Positions 46,484 through 47,914 of a DNA stretch of 47,914 nt are shown piece by piece. Both the position numbers and the translations under genes were made by a program. The first letter of the stretch is position 1. Each line of letters begins with the position of its first letter. The DNA lies in NCBI GenBank assembly GCA_023246005.1, contig JAHFJG010000009.1, positions 1 to 47,914 of the forward strand. The letters are read 5' to 3'. This DNA comes from Candidatus Doudnabacteria bacterium. Its GTDB lineage: Bacteria > Patescibacteriota > Doudnabacteria > UBA920 > O2-02-FULL-48-8. Under the pieces are notes generated by a model. The model searched no databases. It saw only the letters and a program-made list of their open reading frames with translations, and was not told where the DNA came from.

Positions 46484-47647
46484 CTAATTTTCCTGATAGT
46501 TTTTAACTTTCAAACTGCCGGTTTTTTCCAGCTCACCGGGTCGAATTCTATCAATTACTTCAACAAGAGAAACTGCTGCTTTGGACTTAACTATTGTTTC
46601 AAAATTTTTGTTATGATCAGTCATCATTTTACCATCTAGAATTTGCTCAACCATGAATACTGCCTCTCTAGGAATTCTGCCGTATTGTCCGATTCCATGG
46701 GATAGCAAATAATTCAAATTCGCTTCTTCATGTCCGGCTCGCACATCGACAAACACGATCGGCAATTTTTTCACTACTGCTTCGGCCATGGATGGTCCGC
46801 CGGTTTTGTATACCAGCACATTGGCCACACTCATCCAAATCTCCATGTTATCCACGTATCCCAAAATTTTGACCGGGTGTGGAGCTGGAGCGGAAATTTG
46901 CATTAGTTCTTGTTTTAATTCTTCATTGTGTCCACAAATCACAGCCACTTGAAATGATTTGGGGCTTCGAAGCAGTTGCAAAAAAATTTCTTTAGTTGAG
47001 GCGCGCGCTCTGCCTGCTCCTCCGACCAAAACCACTGGCATACTGCTCAAAAGTCCCAGTTCGCCCAAGGCTTGCTCGCGATTTATAGGCGAAAAAAACT
47101 TTTCAGCGATGATTGTGCCTACTAATACAATTTTAGATTCGTCCACTCCCAAGCGTTTCAGCTCTTCGCGCTGATCTTCGATATTGCAAAGGTACAAATC
47201 AGCTTCGTCATACAGCCAAAATTGATGCAAATGATAATCAGAAAAGACAATTACGAATTTCCCGCGATACAAACCTTTGGATTTAAGATATGCCATGATT
47301 GCGGATGGCACCACGCCAGTGGAGATGACAATTGGCGGCTGAAATTCCCTCAAAATTTGTAAAACGTTTTTAGATTTAAATGATGCGGCAAATTTTCTAA
47401 GCGGCAAAGTCAGAAACAAAACAATTTTAGAAAAATATAAAAATCCCCACAGAGAAGAAATATGATCTAAAAGCAAAAGATATACTTTTCGAATCAGAGA
47501 CGAATAAGCGCCGGTTTCAACTTGCTCAATATCAAAATTCCGCACTTCAAATTCACCTGACTTTTCCAGCTGCTCCATGATATTGGCAGCAGTGGCTTGA
47601 ATGCCGCCGCCAACTGATGTATGTAATATTAAAACTTTTGTTTTCAT
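46484..47647 (-). CDS. MGDG synthase/UgtP-like glycosyltransferase
   Basis: TSVGGG, SDYHLHQFW, ICGHNEEL, KTGGPSMAEA, GHEEAN. Confidence 0.85.
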   Translation of the reverse strand: MKTKVLILHTSVGGGIQATAANIMEQLEKSGEFEVRNFDIEQVETGAYSSLIRKVYLLLLDHISSLWGFLYFSKIVLFLTLPLRKFAASFKSKNVLQILREFQPPIVISTGVVPSAIMAYLKSKGLYRGKFVIVFSDYHLHQFWLYDEADLYLCNIEDQREELKRLGVDESKIVLVGTIIAEKFFSPINREQALGELGLLSSMPVVLVGGAGRARASTKEIFLQLLRSPKSFQVAVICGHNEELKQELMQISAPAPHPVKILGYVDNMEIWMSVANVLVYKTGGPSMAEAVVKKLPIVFVDVRAGHEEANLNYLLSHGIGQYGRIPREAVFMVEQILDGKMMTDHNKNFETIVKSKAAVSLVEVIDRIRPGELEKTGSLKVKNYQEN

Positions 47648-47656
47648 GCTTTGGTT

Positions 47657-47914
47657 TCAATGCATTGTGTGTTCCGCCGAATTTTGAAGAATACTTTTAA
47701 ACACATCCGGATTTTCATTTCCAGTCACTTCAAGCACGGCCCAAGCGCCCTTGTTCATTCGAGCGAGCGCGTGATCAACTAAAAGATACTTGCCCGGAAC
47801 ATTTACGGTAAATTCTACTATGCTTGCGCCGCCTGGAAGCACAGCGGTTGTCTGCACGTTATGCTCGAGTAAACCGCCCATGCTTGCCTCCGGATATACC
47901 GTATCAAATATTTC
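47657..47914 (-). CDS. nirK: Copper-containing nitrite reductase, C-terminal end (partial)
   Basis: Frame open to the window edge: EIFDTVYPEA...NVQTTAVLPGGASIVEF...PGKYLLVDHALAR..KGA. Confidence 0.8.
   Translation of the reverse strand, partial: EIFDTVYPEASMGGLLEHNVQTTAVLPGGASIVEFTVNVPGKYLLVDHALARMNKGAWAVLEVTGNENPDVFKSILQNSAEHTMH

Overview
A low-GC bacterial chromosome segment whose gene content suggests Patescibacteria/CPR (inference from the TrbC/VirB2-type pilin cluster, short SMC and tRNA-linked orphan genes). The backbone is mostly on the minus strand: rny, rplS-rluA-trmD-khpA-rpsP-dedA-smc-rnc, ftsH, galU, comM/yifB, lexA, lspA, recA, ftsK, nrnA-rbfA-infB, hsp20 and a partial nirK. There are three tRNAs: Val-GAC, Leu-TAG and an unusual Ile-TAT. 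Accessory DNA includes a GC-richer plus-strand island (13.9-19.6 kb), prs between direct repeats, and a TA/helicase/Fic array separated by repeated promoter-plus-hairpin units. The most striking signal is a set of tiny selfish elements with no recognisable transposase in the window. (1) Two small GIY-YIG genes are each bracketed by their own terminal inverted repeats, and gene-less MITE-like copies with the same ends occur elsewhere, many with exact 4-bp target duplications and several at host start codons. (2) 15-bp palindromic modules are inserted in frame, and nested, in RluA, LexA, NrnA and a pilin. (3) Inverted 7/8-mer arrays flank a four-helix-bundle gene and also occur empty just upstream of host genes. 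A promoter-driven, hairpin-rich region of about 560 nt downstream of recA, with no sense-strand ORF, is a candidate large ncRNA. All coordinates were read by eye; no database searches were run.
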